From the NCBI GenBank assembly GCA_041662045.1, contig JBAZTI010000003.1, positions 1-42,034 on the forward strand: a stretch of DNA of 42,034 bases. Reading direction: 5' to 3'. Positions 1 through 8,899 of this stretch are shown here, piece by piece. Source of the stretch: Candidatus Micrarchaeia archaeon (GTDB lineage Archaea > Micrarchaeota > Micrarchaeia > Anstonellales > Anstonellaceae). A program made the translations under genes and the position numbers. The notes under the pieces were generated by a model that did not search any database, was not told the DNA's origin, and was given only the letters and a program-made list of their open reading frames with translations. Each line of letters begins with the position of its first letter. Position 1 is the stretch's first letter.

Positions 1-2
1 GG

Positions 3-284
3 AAGGCGATAGGCCAGGGCGGCACGGGCGGCGAAGCCGACGTGTGCATGAACAGGCTGGTTGCCAAGCAGAACAACCTCAGCATAGATGCCGGAGGCGC
101 GGTTGCGCGGGTGAGGCTCAACAACACGGGGCAGCTGGAGTTCGACTACATCCCCGAAAGGAACACTTATTTAACCATTGTTGCAGAATTGGATTCCGAG
201 CCGCAGCACATCGAGTGGGCAGGGCCCCATGCCAGGGCTTCGAGCGGGGAGGCGGCCAAGCAGGGAGATGTTTATGGGAATTGA
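3..284 (+). CDS. C-terminal fragment of a hypothetical protein, open to the window edge
   Basis: The frame of ORF 42..284 stays open back to nt 3; TGA at 282-284. No recognisable motif. Confidence 0.35.
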   Translation, partial: KAIGQGGTGGEADVCMNRLVAKQNNLSIDAGGAVARVRLNNTGQLEFDYIPERNTYLTIVAELDSEPQHIEWAGPHARASSGEAAKQGDVYGN

Positions 285-293
285 CGCCGGTGT

Positions 294-962
294 TTGCGCA
301 TGAGGGTCAAGGACATCATGGACACGAAGTTCGCCTCGCTGCAGGCAGACGACAGGCTGGACCACATACTGGATGTGTTCGCGGACAGCAATGTAGTGGC
401 AGCCCCGGTCTTTTCAAAAGGCGATCTCATAGGCATCGTAACCTACGCTGACCTGGCAAAGTACTTCATGCCAAAGGACATGCTCTCGTTCATGGACGCC
501 TCGCCTGAGGGGCAGAAGATGACCGCGGCATCGGTTGCGAAAAAGCCTGTGCACCTGCTCACCCCGGACGAGCCCGTGAGCCTGGCTTTGGGAAAAATCA
601 TAGAGTCGTACGGCTGCGCGCCGGTGATGGCAGGCAAGAAGGTGATAGGCGTCATCAGGCCGAAAAATGTCATTGAGTTCTTCCTTGCCGAGCGCGCAAA
701 GACCGAGATTGCCGGCAAGAAGGCAGGCTCTGTGAAAAAGGAGCAGGATTACGAGGAAGACTCGACGTCGATTGACAGGATGCTTGAGATTGTGTCAAGG
801 GAAGGGCAGACCACGCCCAAGAAGCTGGCAAAGGAGCTTGGCATCACCGAGTCATCGGCAGAGGACCTGGCAAAGCTTTTGGGCAAGCACAAGCTCGTGG
901 ACATAAGCTACTCGCTGATGAAAGGCATGGTGATAAGGAGGCTGGAGCATGGCAGACGATAG
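294..962 (+). CDS. CBS-pair domain protein with a C-terminal winged-helix-like segment
   Basis: N-terminal tandem CBS-like motifs (VKDIMDTKFASL..., GIVTYADL, VIGVIRPKNVIEF). The C-terminus (TTPKKLAKELGITESSAEDLAKLLGKHKLV) looks like an HTH. The 3' end overlaps the downstream ATPase gene. Confidence 0.7.
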   Translation: MRMRVKDIMDTKFASLQADDRLDHILDVFADSNVVAAPVFSKGDLIGIVTYADLAKYFMPKDMLSFMDASPEGQKMTAASVAKKPVHLLTPDEPVSLALGKIIESYGCAPVMAGKKVIGVIRPKNVIEFFLAERAKTEIAGKKAGSVKKEQDYEEDSTSIDRMLEIVSREGQTTPKKLAKELGITESSAEDLAKLLGKHKLVDISYSLMKGMVIRRLEHGRR

Positions 963-2469
963 GAAATCGCCCCTGAAAAAGTCGCTGGAGGAGAAGGTGG
1001 AGCAGGTGCTTGAGTCCTACATCCTTGCGGACGGCTCGCTCACCGCAGGCGTGAGGATTGTGAGGCTGAAGGGCACGAGGCTGCCCACCTATATGCTCGA
1101 CGCCCCGAAAATCGAGGCCGGCACCGCGGCCGTCCTGAAGGAGATACAGCCTGAGCTTCTCAAGAAAGTGTCAATCTCCACCCAGGAGGCGCTCAACATC
1201 AAGATGGCGGAGCAGCTCAAGGCGAAATTCCTGGAGACCGGCATGCAGCTCATCAAGAGCAACATACCCCACCTGCCTGCAGGGAAGGTGGAGATGATTG
1301 CGCGCAGGATGATACAGGAGATGCTTGGGCTTGGCGACATAGACTTCCTTCTCCGCGACGAGCAGATAGAGGAGATTTGCATAAACAGCTCGGCCCAGCC
1401 GGTATGGATATACCACAGGAAATACGGCTGGATAAGGAGCAACCTTGTGATGGAGTCGGAAGGCCAGATATGGAACTATGCCAGCGGGATTGCCAGGGGG
1501 GTGGGCAGGCAGATAACCAACAAGACGCCCCTGCTTGACGCATATATATCATCGGGCGACCGCGTGAACGCAACCATTTCGCCCATTTCCTATTTCGGGA
1601 ACACGATTACAATCAGGAAGTTCGCGCGCAAGCCCTGGTCGATTACCGACTACATGAGGACAAAGACAATAACGCCCGAGGTGGCCGCGCTTTTGTGGCT
1701 TGCCATGCAGTACGAGACCAACCTGATAGTGTCGGGAGGCACGGGCGCGGGGAAGACCTCCATGCTCAACGTGCTTTCCATGTTCATCCCGGAGAACCAG
1801 CGCGTGATATCGATTGAGCAGACGCGGGAGATATCGCTGCCGGCAGACCTGCAGTGGGTGCCGCTCGTGGTGCGCGAGCCCACCGGGGAGGGGACGGGAA
1901 GCATTTCCATGCTGGACCTCATGGTGAACTCGCTGCGCATGAGGCCCGACAGGATAATAGTGGGCGAAATCAGGAGGGCGGAGGAGGCGGAGGTGCTCTT
2001 CGAGGCGATGCACACGGGCCACTCTGTGTGCGCCACCATGCACGCGGAGACAGTGTCCGAGACCATAAACAGGCTGCTCAACCCGCCCATCTCCATCCAG
2101 CCGCTCACGCTTCGGTCGCTGCAGCTCATAATCGCAATGCACCGCGACAGGCGCCAGAACATCAGGCGCGTGTTCGAGGTCGGGGAGATAGTGCCTGCGG
2201 AAAACGGGGTGAAGGAGAACATACTTTACACCTGGCACCCTGAAAGCGACTCGCTCAGGGCAGACAAGCAAAGCACGCGGCTCATCAGGAACATCAAGAC
2301 ATACACCAACATGAGCGACCGCGAGATTGAGCGCGACCTGGCGGGCAAGCAGGGCATACTGGAGTGGATGCTCGAGAAGGACATCAACGGCGTTGAGGAA
2401 GTGGGCGGGATAATCTCGGATTACTACGCCAACAAGGAGGAAGTGCTTGCGAGGGTGAAAAAGAAATGA
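949..2469 (+). CDS. Type IV pilus/archaellum-type secretion ATPase (GspE/PilB/FlaI-ArlI family)
   Basis: Walker A SGGTGAGKTS, Asp/Walker B region RPDRIIVGEIRRAEEAEV, His box HTGHSVCATMHA. 506 aa, typical for the family. Confidence 0.9.
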   Translation: MADDRKSPLKKSLEEKVEQVLESYILADGSLTAGVRIVRLKGTRLPTYMLDAPKIEAGTAAVLKEIQPELLKKVSISTQEALNIKMAEQLKAKFLETGMQLIKSNIPHLPAGKVEMIARRMIQEMLGLGDIDFLLRDEQIEEICINSSAQPVWIYHRKYGWIRSNLVMESEGQIWNYASGIARGVGRQITNKTPLLDAYISSGDRVNATISPISYFGNTITIRKFARKPWSITDYMRTKTITPEVAALLWLAMQYETNLIVSGGTGAGKTSMLNVLSMFIPENQRVISIEQTREISLPADLQWVPLVVREPTGEGTGSISMLDLMVNSLRMRPDRIIVGEIRRAEEAEVLFEAMHTGHSVCATMHAETVSETINRLLNPPISIQPLTLRSLQLIIAMHRDRRQNIRRVFEVGEIVPAENGVKENILYTWHPESDSLRADKQSTRLIRNIKTYTNMSDREIERDLAGKQGILEWMLEKDINGVEEVGGIISDYYANKEEVLARVKKK

Positions 2470-3380
2470 GCAGGACGCTGGTACCTTTAGCCCCGTTCGC
2501 CATCACGCGCCAGAGCCGCAGGATGCTCCACGGCTTCTGCCCCATAGGCGCGGCAATCAGGCCTGCGTTCCCCAATCTCCAGCGGGAGCTTGAGGAGTCG
2601 GGCAACAAGCTCCCTGCGACAGAGTACCTTGCAGGCGTGGTGCTGAGCACGGTGTTCTACTTCGTTGCGGTGTTCGTCGCCACCCTCCTGGTCGCGAACA
2701 AGTACTCGCCCGAGGGAATGGAGGCGCGCGCGGTCTCGCTTGCCTTTGCGGGCGTGGTTGCGCTGTGCACGTTCGGCTATGCCATGCTCTACCCCCGCCT
2801 GGTGGTGAGCCGCGCCTCCAGGGAGATAGACCGCAACCTGCTCTATGTCACGCGCCACCTCATGATACAGACGAGCGCGGGCGTGCCGCTCTTCGACTCC
2901 ATCGTCTCCATAAGCGAGAACTACAACGACCAGCGGCTGGACTACGGGGAGATATCCCGCGAGTTCGAGAAAATCGTGAAGGAGGTGCGGGGCGGCAAGG
3001 AGCTGACCGACGCGCTTGAGGGCTCTGCCTCGCGCATCACCTCGCCCGACTACAGGTGGCTCATCTGGCAGATTGCCAATGCCAGCAAGGCAGGGGCGAA
3101 CATCGGCTTCGTGCTCCGCCAGATGATGAGCTACCTTGCCGACGAGCAGAGGGTGAAGATACGCGACTACGGCTCGCAGCTCTCCCCGCTTGCCATCTTC
3201 TACATGCTGGTATGCATCATAGCGCCCACCATGGGCATAATCTTCCTGGTGATTGTCGCCACGCTTTCCAGCATCGCGGTCACAGAGGTGCTGCTGGGCA
3301 CGGCGCTTTTGATGTCCATTGTGGCGCAGATAGTGTTCATCGGGCTCATCAAGAGCAAGAGGCCGGTGGTTGCGATATGA
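2466..3380 (+). CDS. Pilus platform membrane protein, T2SS-F / TadB-TadC / FlaJ-like
   Basis: ATGA overlap with the ATPase gene. A soluble helical domain is flanked by TM helices, the architecture of TadC/FlaJ halves. Confidence 0.65.
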   Translation: MSRTLVPLAPFAITRQSRRMLHGFCPIGAAIRPAFPNLQRELEESGNKLPATEYLAGVVLSTVFYFVAVFVATLLVANKYSPEGMEARAVSLAFAGVVALCTFGYAMLYPRLVVSRASREIDRNLLYVTRHLMIQTSAGVPLFDSIVSISENYNDQRLDYGEISREFEKIVKEVRGGKELTDALEGSASRITSPDYRWLIWQIANASKAGANIGFVLRQMMSYLADEQRVKIRDYGSQLSPLAIFYMLVCIIAPTMGIIFLVIVATLSSIAVTEVLLGTALLMSIVAQIVFIGLIKSKRPVVAI

Positions 3381-4333
3381 AGGGGTTCGAGGCATTCACA
3401 GCCCATGTGCAGACGCTCCTCTACGATGCCGAGCTTGACGTCGAGCCGCGCAAGTTCATAGACAATGTGCTCATGGGGTGCTTTGCGCTTGGCGTGGCGG
3501 CAGGGGCAGCCGCATATTTCCTAGCCTCCCCCATGGTGGCGTACGCTGTTGCGCTTGCAATACTCCTGGGAGTGCCCGTCGCAATAAGCGCATACCTCAC
3601 CATGAGGGCGAACAAGCGCACTGCGCAGATAGAGGAGATGCTCCCCAGCTTCCTGTCCATGATGGCGTCCAACATACGCAGCGGGGCGACTTACGACAGG
3701 GCGCTTTTGCTTTCCAGCAGGAAGGAGTTCGGCCCGCTTGCGCGCGAGATAGACAGGGCGGCAAAGCAGACCATAGCGGGAAAGCCGCTGCAGGACGCGC
3801 TCATGGAGATGTCGAAGAGGACGCGCTCCGAGACGTTCGCAAAGACAATCCGCCTCATAGTGGAGGGGATAAACGCAGGGGGCAACCTGGCGGAGATGCT
3901 TGAGATCACGGCAATAGACATCAGGAAATCCTCCTCGCTCAAGAAGGAGGTTTCCGCGACCGTGCTTGTCTACAAGCTGTTCATAGTGATAGCCGCGACA
4001 GTGGGCGCGCCCCTGCTCTACGCGCTCACCGGCTTCCTGATAGACGTGTTCACCGGGATAAGGGGGGCGGGCGAGATGTCCCCGGGCGCGGCGCAGTCCG
4101 CGCAGCTGCCCATGTTCTCGGGCGGGGACGTCATTTCCCAGGACCTGTTCTTCGCATATGCCATAATCGCCATAGCCATGACCACGCTGCTCTCCACGCT
4201 CGCCTCGGGCGTGATAACCAGGGGCAAGGAGTCCGAGGGGCTGCCCGACCTCGGCTGGTCGTTCCTGCTTGCGTTTTCAGTCTTCTTCGGGGTAAGGCTC
4301 GTGCTCGGCTTCATGCTTGGCGCGGTTGCCTGA
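3377..4333 (+). CDS. Second T2SS-F / TadC / FlaJ-like pilus platform membrane protein
   Basis: In-frame ATG at 3377 overlaps the upstream TGA (ATATGA). Same TM-helical domain-TM layout as the preceding gene. The track ORF start at 3056 is an off-frame-looking extension. Confidence 0.65.
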   Translation: MKGFEAFTAHVQTLLYDAELDVEPRKFIDNVLMGCFALGVAAGAAAYFLASPMVAYAVALAILLGVPVAISAYLTMRANKRTAQIEEMLPSFLSMMASNIRSGATYDRALLLSSRKEFGPLAREIDRAAKQTIAGKPLQDALMEMSKRTRSETFAKTIRLIVEGINAGGNLAEMLEITAIDIRKSSSLKKEVSATVLVYKLFIVIAATVGAPLLYALTGFLIDVFTGIRGAGEMSPGAAQSAQLPMFSGGDVISQDLFFAYAIIAIAMTTLLSTLASGVITRGKESEGLPDLGWSFLLAFSVFFGVRLVLGFMLGAVA

Positions 4334-4356
4334 CCGCAGGAAAAGCAGGCGTTAGG

Positions 4357-4824
4357 CTAAACCACTTTCCCGGTCAGCGTGCCCGAGTCGGTGTATTCGA
4401 AGTCAGTCTCCCCGTCGGCATAGTAGCCGATGTTGACCTTCACCGAGTAGCTCGTGCCAGGGTTCCAGGCGGAAAGCGGGTCGAGCGAGACGATTGCGTC
4501 ATTGCCCTGCAGTATTTCCACTGGGGAGGCGGGCGCGATTGTGGCGTTCGACACTGTTTCTGTGCCGCGCACCGCGGTGATGTTGAAGATGCCGATGTCG
4601 GAGCCTGCGTTGTTCTTGAGCTTCAGCTTGAGCATGCCCGTGCTGTCGATGGACCAGCCGGCAGGGGTTATCTGCGAAAAGCCGGTTGCGCGGCTGCCTA
4701 TGAACGAGCCAGTGTCCACGATGCCAAGCGCCACGATTGCCGCTGCGGCCAGCGCGATTAAGAGGAGCGCCCAGCCATAGGTCATGAGGAAGTCAAGCGA
4801 TGCCTGCGCGCGCACGGATGCCAT
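4357..4824 (-). CDS. Archaeal type IV pilin-like protein (class III signal peptide)
   Basis: The N-terminus MASVRAQASLDFLMTYGWALLLIALAAAAIVALGIV has a short charged leader, Q/A-S and a long hydrophobic helix. A beta-rich C-terminal domain follows. A TATA-like TTTTTTATATG lies upstream on the minus strand. Confidence 0.7.
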   Translation of the reverse strand: MASVRAQASLDFLMTYGWALLLIALAAAAIVALGIVDTGSFIGSRATGFSQITPAGWSIDSTGMLKLKLKNNAGSDIGIFNITAVRGTETVSNATIAPASPVEILQGNDAIVSLDPLSAWNPGTSYSVKVNIGYYADGETDFEYTDSGTLTGKVV

Positions 4825-4905
4825 ACGAGGGATTTGCAGGGAAACATATAAAAAATGGCGGAAACCCGGGGCCGGCCCCTGCTCCGGCGCGCGGGAGGCG
4901 GGCGG

Positions 4906-6516
4906 CTAACCCATGCCCTTGCGCGCGCCTATGGAAAAGATGTCCCACTTCAAACCGTGCTTTTTCTCAAGCTCGTCAGCCATCTGGGACACGAGCGCGG
5001 CTTTCACCTTCTTGTACTGCCCGGGGGGAAGCTCCGCATTGCCTATCGCGTGCGCGAGGTTCTTGGCGTTGAAGCAGAACATGGAGTCGCGCACGTTCTC
5101 GCAGTTGTGGGAAAAGTAGATGTCCGCGCACGATTCGCAGCTGTCAACTTCGAATGCGCGCGTGAGCCTTTTCGAGTAATAGCAGTTCATGGAGAATGCG
5201 GAATCGAAGGTGAGCACCGAGCCGAACACGGCCTCGCATACCGACGCCCAGAAGCCATAGGCGCATTTCTTGTCCCAGGTGAGCGCAGAGCCCTTGTAGA
5301 TGTCATGCGAATTGACCACCACGGTGCAGTCCTTGAAGTTGGAGTTGTTGCCCGCTATTTTGTCAAGGTTGTAGTAGCATATGGGATGGAGGATTTCCGC
5401 CGCCTTGCCGATGTCCATGCGCAGGCGCGATGCCGCCTGCTCGCCCACCCCGATTTTGCCAATCCCGCGCAGCTCGTCGTCGGTTGCAAGCCTGCCCTCC
5501 AAATCGTGCAGCCTGAGGAAATGGGCGCGGTAGCCGCAGGAAAGCACCCTGTTGCCTGAAAGCGCGGATTCCGATTCAACATCCACGGGCGTGTGCCTCT
5601 GGAAAAATGCTTCGTATTTTTCCAGCCCGGACAATTCCTTCCCGAAAAGGAGCCGTGAGGTGCCGGAAAACGCCTTTTCTATTGGGGAGATGTCAAAGGG
5701 CGCCTCTGGCGCGTTCCTGAAACAAAGCTTTGGGTCCGGGCGGTAGTCCCCGCATTTCTCGATGAGCCCGAGCACTGAGAATGCCGAGCCTTTCTGCCTA
5801 AGCTCGCCTGCTATCTCGGACAGGAGCTTTTTCTTGAGGGAATGATACTTCTCCTTGGGGAGGGCGGTGTTGCCTATGGCGTGAGAGATGTTCTCCGCGC
5901 CGAAGCAGAACATGCACTCGATGCAGTTCTGCGCCTTTGCGCAGTAGTAGCAGTCCGAGAGCACCTCCACCATGTTGCACTCGAAGCAGCGGGTGAGCTC
6001 CGCGCCCACGCATTTCACGTTGTAGGAGTTCTTGTCAGCCCCGTGCTGGCCGAAAATGTATTCGCTCCTTCGCACATAGCGGGAATAGGCGACGTACTTG
6101 GAGTCCGCCACGCCGGAGGACTGAAGCACGAAATGGCTGTCCTGCACGTTGCAGCTGCCCTCCACGCTGCTGCAGTGCCCCAGCACCACGTTGCCTGCGT
6201 AGAAAGCGCGCTCCTGCACGGCTTGCGCCACGCTGTCGATGTCCTTCATTTCATTGAGGGAGAGCGGCTGGAATTTTTTCCCGAAATCGGCTTCCTCGAA
6301 AGAGATGAACCTTGCCCGCGGCGAATAGTCGGGCATGGAAAAGACGACTTGCTTGCCCGAGGCTGCGGATTTTTCCACCAGGAGCTTCTCCTGCATTTCC
6401 CTGAGCCACCCGGAGGCATCCGACAGGGGGCAGGTTTCCTCGCCGAGGAGCACGCGGCATGTGGAGCGCCACGCCTTGTCAAGCGCTTCGTATGTGGCTG
6501 AAGCCAACCCATGCAC
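4906..6516 (-). CDS. Cysteine-rich protein with an internal two-fold duplication, unknown function
   Basis: 536 aa. Both halves end in a near-identical module: C-x2-C ... NC-x2-C-MFCF-x-A-x-N-x3-AIGN-x2-LP-x3-Y-x3-K-x2-L-x-S-x2-A-x-EL-x2-K. Confidence 0.6.
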   Translation of the reverse strand: MHGLASATYEALDKAWRSTCRVLLGEETCPLSDASGWLREMQEKLLVEKSAASGKQVVFSMPDYSPRARFISFEEADFGKKFQPLSLNEMKDIDSVAQAVQERAFYAGNVVLGHCSSVEGSCNVQDSHFVLQSSGVADSKYVAYSRYVRRSEYIFGQHGADKNSYNVKCVGAELTRCFECNMVEVLSDCYYCAKAQNCIECMFCFGAENISHAIGNTALPKEKYHSLKKKLLSEIAGELRQKGSAFSVLGLIEKCGDYRPDPKLCFRNAPEAPFDISPIEKAFSGTSRLLFGKELSGLEKYEAFFQRHTPVDVESESALSGNRVLSCGYRAHFLRLHDLEGRLATDDELRGIGKIGVGEQAASRLRMDIGKAAEILHPICYYNLDKIAGNNSNFKDCTVVVNSHDIYKGSALTWDKKCAYGFWASVCEAVFGSVLTFDSAFSMNCYYSKRLTRAFEVDSCESCADIYFSHNCENVRDSMFCFNAKNLAHAIGNAELPPGQYKKVKAALVSQMADELEKKHGLKWDIFSIGARKGMG

Positions 6517-6580
6517 CTGCCATCAAAGCCAGCCAGATTGCTCCTGTTTGCCCCTCGCCCTGCGGGCGGCGCAATCCGCC

Positions 6581-7678
6581 CTACTCCTCTTTTTCCCGTG
6601 CCCTGTGCGCGGCGTTCCTCTTGCCCATGCCGGTCTGCTTGTCCCTCCCGGCCATCTTCTCGATCTCGTCCGTCGCCTGGCGCACCGCGGATTCTATCCG
6701 GAAGTCGAATGAGGATGCGTTGTAGGACTTGCGCGCGGCGTCAAGGCGCACGCGCACCGAGAAGCCCGAGCCCTCGTTCTTCACGTGGTAGGCAAGCGAG
6801 CGCACTTCCGAGCTCTTGCCAAGCCGCGCGAGGAGCTTCTCGCCCTCCCTTGCTATCTGCGAGGAGTATTCGCGCTTGTCGTGCGGCAGCCCGGAGATGA
6901 AGACGCGCGAGGCGCCCTTTTCCCCGGCAAGCGCCGAGTGCAGTATGTCCTTTGCAGTCACTATGCCGTGCGGGTAGCCGCCGTCCGCCACTATGAGGGC
7001 TGCGACGCGGGCGTCAAGCATCTTTTTCACGGCAGATGCCAGCGAGTCGCTTTCCCCGATGGTCTCCACCTGCTTTTTCACGTAGGAGGCTATGGGCTGG
7101 GCGTCGGCGCTGGTCTTCTCGCCCCCGCGGTAGAACGGGCTGGACTGCATCTTGCCTGACAGGTGGGTGGCAAGGTCGAAAACTGAGAGGAGCCCGGCGA
7201 TCTTGCCGTCCTTGGTCACCACCATCCTGCGGATGCTCTGGCGCCTCATTTCCGAGCGCGCCTGGCCGATGGAGGAGGAGATGTCAAGCGTGTGCACCGG
7301 CGTGGTCATCACCTCGGACACGCGCTTCTTCGTGAGCATCTTCTCCCCGAGGAGCTCCTGGAACAGCGTGCGGCGCGTGATTGCGCCCTGCACCTTGCCC
7401 TTGTCGATGACGGGGATTGCCTTGAAGCGGCCTGCGAAGAATGCGTTGCATGCGTCCATCACCGTGCTCTCGGGCGTCAGCGTTGGCGCGCGCTCCGAGA
7501 GCGGCCCGCACTTTTCCTTGGAGGGGTCGGTGTGCGAGCGGATTGCGCGCTCGTCGATTATGCCGAAGTACTTCCCGTCCCTTGTCACTATCACGGGCAG
7601 CCCTGTGCGGGAGATTTCGTTTATGGCGCGGCTGACAGGCTCGGACGCGTCAAGAATGCTCGGGTTTTCGATTTCCAT
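6581..7678 (-). CDS. Four-CBS-motif protein with a C-terminal HPF/RaiA-like (ribosome hibernation factor-like) domain
   Basis: Two CBS pairs in the N-terminal 250 aa. The C-terminal ~100 aa (VFISGLPHDKREYSSQIAREGEKLLARLGK..VRSLAYHVKNEGSGFSVRVRLDAARKSYNASSFDFRIESAVRQATDEIEKM) follows the beta-alpha-beta-beta-beta-alpha pattern of S30AE/HPF proteins. This is pattern recognition only. Confidence 0.6.
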   Translation of the reverse strand: MEIENPSILDASEPVSRAINEISRTGLPVIVTRDGKYFGIIDERAIRSHTDPSKEKCGPLSERAPTLTPESTVMDACNAFFAGRFKAIPVIDKGKVQGAITRRTLFQELLGEKMLTKKRVSEVMTTPVHTLDISSSIGQARSEMRRQSIRRMVVTKDGKIAGLLSVFDLATHLSGKMQSSPFYRGGEKTSADAQPIASYVKKQVETIGESDSLASAVKKMLDARVAALIVADGGYPHGIVTAKDILHSALAGEKGASRVFISGLPHDKREYSSQIAREGEKLLARLGKSSEVRSLAYHVKNEGSGFSVRVRLDAARKSYNASSFDFRIESAVRQATDEIEKMAGRDKQTGMGKRNAAHRAREKEE

Positions 7679-7735
7679 AAAGACACCCCATAAGTTCGCT
7701 GCTGAAGGCTCGCAGGCAAGGAATATATAGCCTGC

Positions 7736-8890
7736 CTATTGCAGGGCGGGTTGCCCGGATATGCCCTGCACGCGCGAGAGGTAGTCTGCATAGCCCTGCC
7801 AGCCGCCCTCCCCGTACATGTACAGGTCAGAGTCTGCAATCACCAGCCATATCCTGCCGCCGACGCTCCTGCAGCCGCTGCCCGCGCAGATGGAGAGCGA
7901 CTCGCCTATCCTGCCCAGGTAGCGGCCGTTCTGCGGCTCGAACACTTCCGCCCCATGAAGCAGCGGCACCTGGGAGCTTTCCTGCACGTCCTCGCCCGAC
8001 AGCGCCACTGTGCAGTGCCCGCTTGCCGCGTCCACGCTGTAGCACACCACATAGGCGTGCGAAAGCGCGCCAAGCCTGGCGGCTTTTGCGTTCCTGTACG
8101 CCCAGTAGGTTTCGCTTTCCCCAGGCGTGTACTTGGGGTAGACGCGGAAGTCCGAGTTTTCCGCAGGCTGCCATGCAACTGCAGCGAGGCTGGCGTTTTC
8201 CTCGCGCAGGGAGTTCAGTATCGCCTTGAAGATGAGCGAGTAGTCCTCGCAGTCGCCCCAGCCAAGCCCCATTGTTTCCTTCACCGACTGGAGGTGGTCG
8301 ATGCTTCCCGACACGATGTCCGAGCGGTAGTGTATCGAGAACGCGGTGTTCTCCATGAGGTGCGAGATGCACGCGAGGTTGAGGCTGCCGCCGTCCACGC
8401 AGTCCGAGAGCAGGCGCGGCACAAAGCCCTGCATCACGCGCTCCTGGTTCGGGTCGGAAATCCACGAGTAGTCATGCGGCAGGCGGGCATTTTCGCGGAA
8501 CCATGCGATCGAGGAGTTCAGGGTGAGCTCAAGCCCGGAAAGCTCTTCGCGGAGCTTGTCGGCCTCCTGCTGCTGCCCGGCAAGGCTTTCCTTGCTTGCG
8601 GAAAGCGCGTTCTCGGTTTGCAGGAGGCGGGACTGCAGCGAGGCGATGCTGGCGCTTGCATTGCCAAGCTCTGCGCTTGCCGCCCCAAGCTGCGACTGCG
8701 ACACTGCGTAGCGCGAGCTGAGCAGCGCATAGTCCGACTGCGACTGCGCAAGCCTTGAGGAGAATGTTGCATTGAGGGAGCCCATCCTGCCAGACAGCGC
8801 GGCATTCTCGCCGAAGAGGTAAAGCGCGCAGGATGCAAAGGCTATGATGAGGAAAACGGCTACCCCGCAGGCAATCCTGTTCGTGTCCAT
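7736..8890 (-). CDS. Membrane-anchored coiled-coil protein with a transglutaminase-like cysteine protease core
   Basis: N-terminal TM helix, an Ala/Ser/Leu/Gln-rich coiled coil, then a GWGDCEDYSLIF motif (G-x-C-x-D-y/f Cys core) with downstream His and Asp/Glu candidates. Confidence 0.5.
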   Translation of the reverse strand: MDTNRIACGVAVFLIIAFASCALYLFGENAALSGRMGSLNATFSSRLAQSQSDYALLSSRYAVSQSQLGAASAELGNASASIASLQSRLLQTENALSASKESLAGQQQEADKLREELSGLELTLNSSIAWFRENARLPHDYSWISDPNQERVMQGFVPRLLSDCVDGGSLNLACISHLMENTAFSIHYRSDIVSGSIDHLQSVKETMGLGWGDCEDYSLIFKAILNSLREENASLAAVAWQPAENSDFRVYPKYTPGESETYWAYRNAKAARLGALSHAYVVCYSVDAASGHCTVALSGEDVQESSQVPLLHGAEVFEPQNGRYLGRIGESLSICAGSGCRSVGGRIWLVIADSDLYMYGEGGWQGYADYLSRVQGISGQPALQ

Positions 8891-8899
8891 GGCCGCAAC

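Noticed and set aside
3056-3376. N-terminal 107-aa extension of ORF 3056..4333.
   Set aside because: It overlaps the well-supported upstream TadC-like gene in another frame and reads as Arg/His-rich nonsense. An in-frame ATG at 3377 overlaps the upstream stop (ATATGA), the usual coupling in this operon.
4868-4879. Perfect 12-nt palindrome GGGGCCGGCCCC downstream of the Cys-rich gene, considered as a terminator hairpin.
   Set aside because: There are no loop nucleotides, so it cannot form a stable hairpin as such. Such GC palindromes are expected by chance in GC-rich intergenic DNA.
6538-6607. Possible degenerate duplicate of the CBS-HPF gene tail: CACAGGGCACGGGAAAAAGAGGAGTAG versus CGCAGGGCGAGGGGCAAACAGGAGCAA, separated by the hairpin GGCGG-ATTGCG-CCGCC.
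   Set aside because: Only 19 of 27 identities in purine-rich low-complexity sequence, and the stop codon is not conserved. This is too weak to count as another instance without statistics or comparative data.
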